Assembly (NCBI RefSeq): GCF_018977255.1
Contig: NW_024704751.1
Span: 13,826,001 to 13,890,000, forward strand
From: Callorhinchus milii
Taxonomy: Eukaryota
DNA length: 64,000 bases
Direction of reading: 5' to 3'
Part shown: piece by piece, positions 1-12,100 of the stretch
Layout of the letters: each line of letters opens with the position of its first letter
Position numbering within the stretch: the first letter of the stretch is position 1
Made by a program: the position numbers and the translations under genes
Notes under the pieces: generated by a model
Told to the model about the DNA's origin: nothing
Databases searched by the model: none
The model's input: the letters and a program-made list of their open reading frames with translations, nothing else

Positions 1-895
1 TCACTTTACAGTGTATCCTGTGAAGCGCTTTTGAGACGTCTCAATGACGTGATAAGGCGCCGTATCAAACCCAAGGATTATTATTACTGTTGCATTTTGT
101 CCTGCTACATTGAGCGTGAAATTAAATGTTGTTTCAAAAGCATCCTGAAAGCTATTGCACGCTCAGCTCTTATTGTACCGCTCTGCTGTGTTGTGTGGCT
201 GCTCACATTTAAGTGCAGTGTTAAGTTACCTTGTGCTTAAGCCGTTCCCTCTCGTTTCCCAACACTGTGCAGTGAATGGCCCCTCCTGGCAGCCATCTGG
301 CGGACATCCCTGGTATGGTGCGAGGGGCTGCCACTAGTCTGGTTAATTAAGTTGTTCACCTTCAGCGAGATGGTTTCACATACCAGGGAAGGTGGGAGGG
401 TGGCCGAAGGCGAGTTCGAAGAGGAGGGTACCTTCACCCCTTCCCGTGACTCCTTCAAGGCCCATCTCAAGACCGTCCTCATCGGCCGCAACCTTCGACC
501 ACCTTCCTACCTTCACCCTCCCTGCCCTCCCCCCATCCTGATCCCGACCCCCAGTTTGGGTGCACGTCCTTGACTGTCCAGCGCTTTGGGACGTCCTCCC
601 GAAGTGAACGGCGCTGTGTAAATGTTCTCGGGCCTGAACCGGTCTGTTTATCTTCCAGGTGGGAGAATCTCTGCCCTAAATCATAGGGGAAAAGCCAACG
701 AGAGATCTTGTGACTTCAAAAGTATTCCAAGACGATGCTCATCAAGACAAGACCACAGAACCACCATGGAACATGGAGACACTGACCAGGGTGGGTGGGC
801 AAAGTGTGAAAGGACCGAAACAAAGGGAAACAAAGGGAAGAACCGCGCACGTCTCCACCATCCAAAACTGACCAGAATGCTTTCAGGGTGAAGCC

Positions 896-2946
896 ATGGA
901 CGAGGGCAGCATCAGGACCTCCGGTCGTCAGTCGATATTTGTGGGTAACCTGAATCCCGACTTCTCCAAGGAGCTGCTGTGTTACATGCTGAAGGACTTG
1001 ATCGCTGCCGTTGGCGTCGTGCTCCAGAGACGCGACATAGAAGTCTTCAAGAAGCACAAACGGGCCCACGCGTTTATCCGCGTGAAGAAAACGGGCGAAT
1101 TCCAGGCCATTTTAGATGAGCTCCAGAACCCTGCCATTCTGGAGCTCGCCAACATGAAGGACTTGGTGGTCAGGGGGAAAACACTCAACGTGGCCAAGGA
1201 TATGCGAGACTTCTCGGAATACACCAAAGACTCCTCTGATAAGGTAAAGGGGGAGATTGAACGACAATAGCACTCACAAATTCACATTAAACTACCACGC
1301 CTCTCGCGTCGGGAGGACGTCCCAGGGCGCTTAGAGATGTAGGAACAAGGGTAGGCCGTTCAGCCCCTTGAGCCTGTTCCGCCATTCTGTTAGCTCTTGG
1401 ACGATCTCCAATTGATTAATTAATGGCTATAAATAATGGCTTAGCACCCGAGCTGGGGGGGGTGGGATGGCATAACATGATCGATAGAGCAGTCGAAAGA
1501 GTTCTTGAACAGGAAACGCCCGGCGCAGAAAGAGGCCATTCGGCCCATCGAGTCCTCACCGGTTCTCGGAGTGAACCGCACTTTCAATCCCGCTGTGTGC
1601 GCGCGGGGTTTATTTTATTCTTAAGGGCTAAGAACGGGCGGAATAACTGCTCAAATTACGCGCTGAAGTAGGCGTCGGTGGCTTATTAACGAGGGTGTTC
1701 TCACTTGTTGCTGCTCCCCCAGTGCAGTCCGGCCGCAGGTTCCAAACGCGAAGCCGCGAGCGCGAGGAGGAGACCGGAGGCGGGACAGGGGCTGGGGGTC
1801 AGTCTGCTCGGGGCCAGGCTCGCGCTGTGGCCGAGCCGGCTGGTGGACCGCATGGCCACCCCGTTGATGAGCACCAAGTCGGACAGCGCCATCATCGGCG
1901 GAGAGATCTCCGGGCAGGAGCGCTTGTTTTTCGGGGAGCAGATGGGGAGCGAGACGCGCAACGTGGAGTTCAAGCGGGGCGGAGGGGAGTACATGAACAT
2001 CGCCTTGAAGCACCACATCAGGAAGTACGTGTGCGCGTTCCTGAACAGCGAGGGGGGCAGCCTGTTTGTGGGGGTGAACGACGACGGGACGGTGTGCGGG
2101 GTGGAGTGCACTCACAAGGACGAGGACAGGGTCAGGCTGATGGCCGATTCAGTTCTGAAAGGCTTCAGGCCACCCCTCTTCCCGGGCTCCTACTCCATCC
2201 ACTTCCTCCCCGTCGTCAAGGACGGTCACTCGGGCCTCTTCCTGAAGGTGATGAGGTTGACCGTTCAGATACCGAAGAAAGAGGGAGATGTTCTCCTCTA
2301 CGAGACAGACCAGGGGGAAGTCTACGTGCGCAGAGATGGAAGCGTCCAAGGTCCGCTCTCGGGAAGCTCCATCCAGGAATGGTGTCGGCAGGTAATCACC
2401 GTAACCGCCGCGATTACTGTCCTCGCCTTCTGCGGCTGGAACGCAATCCCGAGTCCCGTAGCGCAGTGGCTAGTGATCTCGCCTCGCAAGCGAGAGGAAC
2501 CAGGTTCGATTCCCCGGCCGGGTGAAACTTAAGGCAAGTTTCCTTCCTCCACAGGCCTCTGTTTACCGAGTAAACAGTAAGTAGAAACCCGGTTGTTAGT
2601 TGATTAGCGCTCGCATTCTGGGGGTAATAATCCCACCCCCAAACCACCCCTCAGCTCCCCCCCAAAAAAAATTGGTGTGATTCAGCGCAGTCAGCAGCCA
2701 CTTAACAGTGTGTGTGTGTGTGTGTGTTTTTTTCTCTCTCTCTCTCCCTCCGTCTCTCAGAAATGGACGGCGGAAATCAAGAAGTTACAGGACAAGATGG
2801 ACCACTTAGTGCGAGAGGAGCAGTACCTGCAGGAAAAGCTCCGACGGAAGCAACAATCGATCGTTGAGCTCCAGCAAAACCAGCAGGACATGCAAGTCAC
2901 ACACTCAGGGAAAGCGACAGTATCCCATCTCTGCTGTGTAATGTGA
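896..2946 (+). CDS. SLFNL1: Schlafen-like protein 1 (RRM-like N-terminus, AlbA_2/Schlafen domain, coiled coil, C-terminal CCVM); exons 896-1243, 1723-2391, 2761-2946; 400 aa
   Basis: Exon 1 SIFVGNLNPDFSKELLCYMLKD resembles human LYVGHLNPQFS. Exon 2 carries GSETRNVEFKRGGGEY...KHHIRKYVCAFLNSEGGSLFVGVNDDG...DQGEVYVRRDGSVQGPLS...QEWCRQ. Exon 3 ends LCCVM*. Both introns are GT-AG, phase 0 (donors 1244, 2392; acceptors 1721-1722, 2759-2760). Convergent with CTPS1, as in human. Confidence 0.93.
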
Positions 2947-3107
2947 TTCACCCGCTCCCCCACCTCTCCCCCCTTCCCCCACCACCAACCCCACTACAAC
3001 ACTGGCAGAGAAGAACCACCACTGGCTGCGCGTTTTCCCATTGAACATCGGATTGGGACTTGACCGGGAACATCATCATAATCCGAGCAGCTCGGAAATT
3101 ACACCTC

Positions 3108-3113
3108 AATAAA
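3108..3113 (+). promoter_or_regulatory. Probable SLFNL1 polyadenylation signal AATAAA
   Basis: AATAAA about 160 nt after the stop codon. Confidence 0.6.
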
Positions 3114-4489
3114 CTCTTTGCTGTCCTGACCCGCTCCTGTCCATCATGGCGTGATTTAAGAGTGATTTACGATGTATCTAAGAGCTACTGATTATGACCT
3201 GGTCCACAGGGAGTGGAGTGATTTTATTATGAGGGCTTCAGTGTTTAGCAGGATTCTTAATTAGTTATTAGTTGGTCAGTTAGTTTTTCGGTGAGCTTCG
3301 CAATAATAATCCTCGCATTTGATATAGCGATATGTCATTGAGGCATCTCAAAGTGCTTCAACGATCCACTGTATCTTATGGGCTACAGGTTAACAATGCT
3401 GAGGACCTTCAGATGGAATGGGGGTAGTTTTCCAAGTGGAACATTTTACCCCAGTTGGGAATCAAGTTGCAGATCAGCCATGGTCTGATAAAGAGAGAGA
3501 GGGGGAACTGGCTTAGCAGAACAGCCTACTGTAGGTCCTACATTATCTTAACTTCCGGTTATTGCAGGGGAATTGATTCCAGCCACAGCATCGAAACCAT
3601 TGGACTTGCTGCTTATACGGTTGTGGTACATTTTGTTATATACTGTGCGTTAACCTGCCACAATATTTTCCAGCTGCTGCCAATCACACCAAGACGCAGC
3701 GAGGGTAAGCTTCTCTTTCCGTTCCTTTTCCGCTGTAGAGTGCTGTTTCCTTGTAATGAAATTCTACCCTTAAATGCAACACGAGACCGGACTTTAGCAG
3801 CTCCGGAAAGAATACTGTATTTCCCAAACTGTATGAACAATGTGTTTCCTTTTGTATCTGGTAGAACCAGAGTCGAGAGGGAGAAAGAATGCCAGTGATG
3901 GACGGACATGTTCTCCGAAAGGACGTGGGAATTTTCAGGTAAAATGGGGTCTCCGATTTGGCATAAAATCCTCTCACTCGTGTTGGGGTTTAATCGGGAG
4001 GGTAGGATCCGGCACAAAGGCTCCAGGGCTCTGCAGCTTGTGGAGGGGAGAGTTTGGAAGCATGGAAATGCAAGTTGTTGTTGACCCATGGGAGATTGGC
4101 CATTGTAGCTCATCAGGGAGGGCAAGTTCTGGCCGATGTTTGGCTGGTCCGGGCTGTCGCTCATCTGGATGTCAGGCTCTGGGGTGGTCAGTATTGGGAG
4201 GTATTCAAGGGGACACTGGTATCTCCCTTCTCCCTGCCATCGTGTGGCTCCTGTGCATTTATTTACCTCTTGTAGAAATTATGTGAGGTTAGTAATTCTA
4301 CGGACGCAGGGCTTGCTGCGTTCGTGTGCGATTTGGGACGTCCTCCCGATGTGAAAGGCGCTGTACAAATGTACGTTGTTGTTATGGGTGTGTGTGTGTG
4401 TGGGTGTGTTTGGGTGGGGGTATGTGGGGGGAGATGAGTAAGTTTGCTGCCAAACTTAGGTCCTCACACATTAAAACCTGGCTCAAGTC

Positions 4490-5710
4490 ATTTTGATTTC
4501 TTCCCATTAATTTATTGGAAAAATCACTCAATCAGACAATATTGCTCTCTTTTGCACAATAGGTAAAAAAAAACACATGTACAGTAGTTACATTTTTCAC
4601 ACAGGCTCAAGTCTGCTGCTCTCCCTCTCGAGGTTTGCTTGAAATGAGGTGCAGGCAAGCAGATAGAGAGAGAAAATTTATTCACTGTTTTGTTTGTTAC
4701 AGCCACTTTTGCTTCTAATCCTTGCATTTGATACAGCGCCTTTCACACCAAGGTGAGGGGGGGATGAAACGTGTCTCAAAACACTTTTGTCAGGATTTAC
4801 CGTAAAGCATTGCGACTGTATTTTGTTCGCAGGTGAAGCAGCCAACGTCCCACAACCAGCCACAAAGTGAAAGCTCCCTTCTCTCTCTTTCTCTCGTCCC
4901 TAATTCATTCCAATATAACGGGAGACTCTTAAATAGATGGATCTCAAAAGCTTGAGCGAGAAGACCAACATGGCTGCAATGCCCTGTTATAACAGTCTAA
5001 TTTTATGGAGTCAAAATATTGCGTTATAACATGGCGGGACAACAACAACTCGCATTTATGAGGCGCCTCTCACGTAGGGTAGAGTCCCAGAGTGCTTGAC
5101 GCGATGCTAAGCCGGGGGGGGGGGGTTGGGAGTAGGCACGATCGAAGAGGAAGGTCTTGGATGCGTGTGATAGAAAGGTCAGGATGAACAAAAGCCCATT
5201 AAAGCGTCTTGTTTAACAAATGGGGGGAGGAGGAAACCTTCCATTCAGTGATGCCTCGCATCGCCTTCGTCTAATAGTTGCTGACGGGTTTAGGAAACCT
5301 CTTAAGTTTTCAGAATAAACACTGGTTGTTGGGGAGTTAAACACTACATATCACATGATCAGTGTTTTCTCTTCCTCCGTTCTACTTTTGATTGCATTTG
5401 TGTGCTTTTTTTTTCCTACTTCCAAATACGTGCATTTTGGAAATTTATAGAAAACTAAAAAATATATATCTCAAACAAAGTAAATGAAAGTAACCTTGAT
5501 CGAGCCCTACTGCTTGGCAGTAATACAGCAAACTGTTAAATACATCCAAAAAAATCCATGAGCTCTGGCTCTGCAAGAACTAATTGAACAGAGTAAGTAA
5601 GGTAACGGACTTAAGTGGTAAGTCCCCGATAGAGTAACACTGCAGAATGAAATGCACCGTTCAGCAAAAATGTCCCAATTTCCACAGCTCGGTAGAACAT
5701 AAGCAACGAC
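4490..5710 (-). other. CTPS1: Probable CTPS1 non-coding last exon (3' UTR), after intron 5711-6142
   Basis: Donor GTAAGT at 6142, 11 nt after the stop. Polypyrimidine tract plus AG acceptor at 5711-5712. Minus-strand AATAAA at 4677-4682 and 4511-4516. The lower boundary is approximate. Confidence 0.65.
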
Positions 5711-5789
5711 CTGAACGAAAAGGTGAGAGAAAAGTCGCATTTTAGACGACACTTACTAAAGATTAACTGTACTTAAGGCACGCTCTCTT

Positions 5790-6120
5790 CTTAACTTAGT
5801 GGAAGCAGGTAGGGAGGGGCAGATTGGAGCCCACTGAGCAGAGGGAGCAGACAGGCCTGTATATGGCGTTAGCAGGTCACAGGGGTAGGGAGGAGCAAAG
5901 CCACGGAGGGCTTTGAAAGCGAGGACAAGGATTTTGAACTCTATCCTCTGGGGGATGCGGAGCAAGTGGAGCCAGACGAGGGTGGATGTAATAAGCTCAC
6001 GGAGCCTGTGGTGCGGGAGAGGACACGAGCTTCTGAATGACCTGCAGCTTGGGGAAGAGGGAAGAGTTGGGAAGGGCGTGAAGCAGGGAATTGGCACAGT
6101 TGAGCCTGGATGCGACTGAA
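5790..6120 (-). mobile_element. L2-clade LINE ORF2 C-terminal fragment in the CTPS1 3' UTR intron
   Basis: Translates as [36 protein letters not shown], the typical L2 LHWLP...FKIL...AP.YL motif. Confidence 0.8.
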
Positions 6121-6153
6121 CATTCAATCGCTGGAAACTTACCAGACAAAATG

Positions 6154-9100
6154 TTATTCGTGTAGTGAGATGGATGGCAGCTTTAAGTCGGCAATTTCAG
6201 AATCTGGGGAACTACCGCCACTGTGATCACTGTAAGTATCCCTGAGAGAAAAGCAAAAAAAAACACAGATCATTATTACTCGTGAGAATCCTTGGCTTTG
6301 ATTTTTTGTTCTTGGTCAGTCGGGTGTCTGACACACATGAACGAGTCGAGGTAAGTCTCTGTTCAATCAGTAGAGTTTTCATTTTTTTCTTGATTGGCAT
6401 AAACCCCAAAATATTCAAATCAAAATTATTATTTTTTTTACCAGACAGTAAACGTTGGATGCACCACTACACTGAGTCAACGATCGACCTGCTTTTATTT
6501 GGAGTTTCTCAAGCTGTTGTGGATTATTACCTGGGCGACAGCCTGCATCCCTTTTGCAAATAGCTCTGAAGTTTTCCTGCAGCCGCCAGCAACAGCCCGA
6601 AATAAGGGGGTGAAGGCTTCATGGGCCGAGAGGTGAACTCTGGGTGGTACTGAACCCCGACAAAATAAGGGTGATCTGTAACAATGAGAATATTTGTTTG
6701 TACCAGTAATAACACTTGCGTTTTATATATAATAATCTTCGCATTTGATGTAGCGCTTTATCCCAAAATATATACTGTAAAGTGAGTGGAATGTATATTT
6801 TGTGGGAAATGCGGCAGCCAATTGCGCACAGCAGCGTCCCACAAACAGTCGTGGATTGAATGACTAAATTATTATTATTGTTGTTTTGAAGAGATTATTA
6901 CCCTCCGGAAAAGCGATCCGCCAGTCGATTAACAACCGGGCTCCTACTTACTGCTGGTGAGCAAGGAAACTTGCCCAAGGATTTGCCCCCATGCCGGGAA
7001 TCAAACCCAGGTCCTCTCGCTTGCGAGGCAAGTGGTCTAACCAATACTGGACTCCACATATAATAATAATCCTTGCATTTGATATAGAGCCTTATAATAA
7101 TAATATCACGTCATCGAGATGTCTCAAAGTCATTCACAGGATATACTGTAAACTGGTAATGTTCACAAGGGTGCAAATGAACTGTACACTGTGCAATTTT
7201 GTGCGCGAACTCTAGCTAGCGATGTGGCTGTGAGATTTAGCTTAATTACCAAATGGGATTTGCGCGACTGCAGCATTTAGCCTGTCCCTCACCGTCCAGT
7301 TCTATTATTTCCATCCGTTCTCCTTCCACGTCCTGCCCAACAAATCGGAAGCCCTTATCCTCAAAGTTGTTTCTCAGCTCGGGGTTTACCTGGAATCCAG
7401 CAGTTCACACGTAGAGAAGGTGAGAACAATGTTTATGATTAGCGATAACTCTTGCGTTTTTTTTTGGGTGTGGCTCCTTTCATGGCAGGAGAGTTGCGCA
7501 GGGTTTACTGTTGAAGTGTACCAACTGTGTATTTTGTAGGCAAACGCAACAGGCAATTTACCGCAATTTCCCACAAACAGTCCGGAAGTAACAATGATTT
7601 AAGATCTTATCGACCTTTTTTTTCTTGGCCACCAAAATACTTCTTGATTGACGCCACAAACCAAGAGATAGTCAAATCAAGAAACATTTATTTTGTTCGC
7701 CAGCCAAAAAAGGTTGGCCACCACTGATCTAGAGGATGGTCGTTCCGAGACCCGGGAGAAATTCCCCGTTCGTGTTGAGCAGTGCCGTGGGATCTTTAAC
7801 ATCTGCCTGAACAGGCACAGGTGGGAAATCCATAAACTTCAGACTCAACAACTACAACAAATCAGGTGGGAAAGTCATCCCAGGGCGCTGGACAATCAGG
7901 GGTTTTGGAGCTGGGAATTGGGGTCAGAAGGGGAGGAGGTGGCCCAAGGCACGATCGAAGAGGTGAGAGTGTTACTGCCTGAGCCAGGCTGACTGATAGT
8001 GTACGTTTACAACAACAACAAAAGCCACTTGGATTTATATAGCGCCCTTCACAAGGGGTGGGGTCCCGGAGTGCTTAAAGAGAGACGTGGGGGTGGGGGG
8101 AAACAGCTGTGACAGCGGGGAACAGAGTTTGATTTGTACCTCGTATCGATGCCTGTGACGCTCCTCAACATAGTCCTGAACCCCGTAGAGCCTTCCTGTG
8201 AGTCAGAGAGACGAAACAAAGTATTGAAGGGAAAATAAAACGCCCAAAAACTTCCAATATTCTTATATCAAGGGATGTGGGTCGGAGGAAGGTTTTGAGA
8301 CGGCCTTTGAAGGAGGCGAACGAGGGGTCGAGGCGAAGGGGCTCCGGGAAGGAGTTCCAGAGGTTGGGAGCAGAAAAGCTGAGGGCTTGACTACTGATGG
8401 TGGAACCGGCAGGGCGGGGGACATGGGAGCAAGCCAGGGCCTGGTGAGCGGAGAGAGCAGACGGGTTGGTATGGGGTTGTTGGTAGGTCACAGAGGTTGG
8501 GAGGAGCAAGACCTTGGGGAGGCTTTAAAGGTGAGGACAAGGATCTTAAACTCGATCCTCGTAAGGTCAATGAAGCAGCTGAGAGGGAGGGGGGAGGAGA
8601 ACCCAGATATTAGAAGAGAAGGAGTGGGTTAAAATAAACAGGCTCTTACTTAACACTGAACTTGAATCCTTGAGTATTGTTCTCCTCTTGCCAAGTCTCA
8701 TGGTTCCTCCCATTTCTCCAGGATTGTGCTCTGGCATGTCGATCACCTGCACGAAATGTCACGCGGATTTTTAAACCCGTCAAATGGAAACAGACGAAAG
8801 CATTGTGTGCGGTTGCTAAAAGATGCCCCTTAGGGCATGAGTTCCTTTGGGACGTCCTCCCGACGTGAAAGACGCTATACAAATGCAATTTTGTATTGTA
8901 TTCTGCATTGTTACGAGTGAAACTGAAGCGCATCCTTTTATAAGACGGTGGTTTTGTTCCAAATAAACTGTTTGTGTTATTATCGGCAGGTAGGCACTGC
9001 TTTCAGACCAGATTTGCTTGGATTTTCTCGTCCAACCCGCGACCCAACAAGGTTTTATATGCAACACTGGGTTAAAATCAATTAAAATATACATATTTTT

Positions 9101-12100
9101 TAAAAATCTGGTATTTGTATGTATTAAGTTTCACGCAAGATATCATTATAATAATCCTCGCATTTGATATGGCGCCTTATCACGTCTTCGAGACGTCTCA
9201 AAGCGCTTCACAGAATATAATGTAAACAGCAAGCCAAACAAAATATGTATCCTAAGATGCGACAAAGATTGCTGATTCCACCCAACATACTTACCACTGG
9301 GTGGCTTGTAGAAGAATCAAATTCAGTAGAATTTGCATCTGCAGAAGATCACATTAGCATTACATAAAATGCAATACAACGTGTGCGCGATAAAGCTTAC
9401 TTCTCGTTCTGCGTTAAAAGTTTACCAGGATATGCTTTGAGTTGCCCTTCAAATCGCGGGAAATTGTACGTGAAATCGAGAGGTTCGCGTCTCGGTTTAA
9501 TAACGGCCTCGAGCCCTTACCTAACCATCCGAGGACATTCCGCGCAAACTCCACAACTGCGAGCTGCATTCCGAGACACACACCTACAGGGGACGAGCAG
9601 CTTCAGTTATAATAATAATAATAATAATGGAGGATGTCCCAAAGAGCTTCCCAAATGATTATTATTTCCCCAAAATAATAATCCTTGCCTTTGATACAGC
9701 GCCTTATCAAATCGATGAGACATCTCAAAGCGCTTCACAAAATATACTGTAAATTAGGTGGATTGTATTTTGTGGGCGAAATGATAGTGCAAAGTAGTAA
9801 CTCTTTTTTGAGGGGGGAGATGCGGAGAACAACACAAGGGCTATACTAATTATACAGGGTTATTACAAAATGGAAACTAGGAGCGCACCTCAGAGTGTTA
9901 ATCCTACGTTCTTACCTAAATAAGGCTTCTTCTGTTTTCTGGCCCAAGATATGGCAAGAATCTTTCCCTCTGTACCTCGAATACCAAAACCTCCAGGTAC
10001 CAAGATGCCACTAACAGGAGTAAACAATGGAGAGTGAGCGTCTGGGCAATATCACAGCGGCAAAAACAGGACAGGTTATCGTCTCACCGCAAGACACGGA
10101 GTGAGATTTACAGGGTATGCCCGTCATCACAAGTTTAACCCCGGTCTGCTTCATAACTGCAGATCCACAACAGACCTATGCATCTGCGCCTTCGGTCACC
10201 CTCCTACCCTCACCCTCCCCGCTCTCCGCCACTCCTGATCCCAACCCCCAGCTCGGGTCCAAATCCCCGAATGTCCAGCGTCTTGGGACATCCTCCTGAC
10301 GTGAAAGACGCTGTACGAATGTAATGTGTTGATGTTGTTGGGAGGACGTCTCAAAACACTGGACGCTGCTGGCTGGGGTATTTTTTTTGGGGGGGGATAG
10401 ATGAGGAAGGAGATATTACTTCAGACAGCAGCATTGAGGTATGCGAAGTACTCACTGAGCGCTGCATAAATTCTGCCAGGCCTCGTGGTACCGAACTGGT
10501 TCCTCCTGCTGTGTGCCATATTCCAAATCTGCAGAGTCAATATACTGGAGAGAAAGAGAGCGAGACGTGAATTAAGGCCCGCATTAAGGTACGTGCACTC
10601 CAGAGAGAGAGAAAGAGAGGGGGGGTGGAGAGGGAGAGTTAAGAGAGAAAGTGACAGAGGACAGGAAGAGAGAGAGAGAAAGAGGGAGAGTAAAAATAGA
10701 GAGTGAAAGAGAAAAGGCGAGGACAGAGTGAGAGAAAGGAAAAGAGAGAAATCGCAAGCCATCACTACTTCGTGCTTTCTCACTTCAGCAAATACAAGAG
10801 CAGGAATCAAGAGTTACCGCACAGCAAAGCAATTAGCAAAGGCTTCCTCGCGAACAGTCTGTGAGCTCACCTTTACATCCAGTTTCTGGTTTATAGCTAG
10901 AGCGGAGTGTTCCAGGGCCTTGATGACGGAGGCGTATGAATCAGAGAGTTTGGTGTATTTACCAACCAATGCTATGGAACAAGTTTCCAATGTGCGATCG
11001 TACCTGCGAGGTTGGAACGAGGGGTGGGGAGAAAGGAGAGAAATTGTCATTCAATGAAAGGATGGAATGAGAACAGTTTATACCCAAAATGACACAGATG
11101 AACAAACACATTTGTTTGCCAGTAGATAAATCTAAATATCAACTTTAATCGAGTTAAAACTCAACGCGTCCAGATATTCCTTCACCCCCCACCCCCTCCT
11201 CCTCCACTCAGCAAAAGATTAACACAAGAAATGTACTGAGGATTTATTTTTAAAACCACTGGCGAGACTGTGTGGAATCGGCGCAAAATATTAACAAGAG
11301 AAGTATTGTCACGTGCAGATACTGAATAAAGCTGGGGCACTAATCACGTCTCAAAATAAGAGAGATTTAAATTTAAATTAATTTAAAGAACATCAGCTCC
11401 GAAACTAAGACTGAGGTTTTACAGAATTTCCCACGATCGGGCGATATCTTAAATGTTAAGACTTATACTTAGAAACACTGCCCGGATTTAATATAGCGTC
11501 TCATCAGAACACATCGGGTGGATGTGATAATAATAATAATCCTTGCATTTGACACAGCGCCTTATCATGTCATCGAGACGTCTCAAAGCGCTTCACAGAA
11601 TACACTGTAAAGTGAATTGACTGTATTTTGCGGGGGAAATGAGAGGCTGTATCAAACACAGGGATTATTATTGTTATTATTACAGTTGGGTGTTAAAGCC
11701 CTTCACATGATTTTTACTGCAAAGTGTAGTGATAAGATTCAGCCCCCACATTACAGCCCCCAGTGTCAGTTTCCTCTCTCTATCATAAACAGAACAGCTC
11801 TGTGGAAGCGTAACCAGACACGAGAGTCACTGTACCTGTCCGCCATCTCTTTCCACTTTGTCAGCAATCTTCGTGGTCGAGTTTGAATTTGGAGATTGAG
11901 CCTCTGCCTAAAATATTCCACCACCCCCTCTGCTTCAAGTAACAGAGGGACCCGGTAGAGAGAACAAACATCGTGCACGCAAATAACCTGGAACCAAACA
12001 GAACCAGTTGAAAGTTTAAACTATTGGCAAAGAAGGAATGTAATGATTATTATCCTTACACTCGATCCAACGGCTTTTAGATGAGGAGGACGGCTCAACA

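Noticed and set aside
1695-2525. Overlapping 276-aa alternative-frame ORF and antisense ORFs in SLFNL1 exon 2
   Set aside because: Expected shadow ORFs of a GC-rich exon; the 276-aa frame has a non-ATG start and I recognise no motifs in them.
2392-2532. Hydrophobic read-through C-terminus of SLFNL1 (VITVTAAITVLAFCGW)
   Set aside because: Lies beyond a canonical donor and runs into a SINE head; exon 3 supplies the conserved C-terminus.
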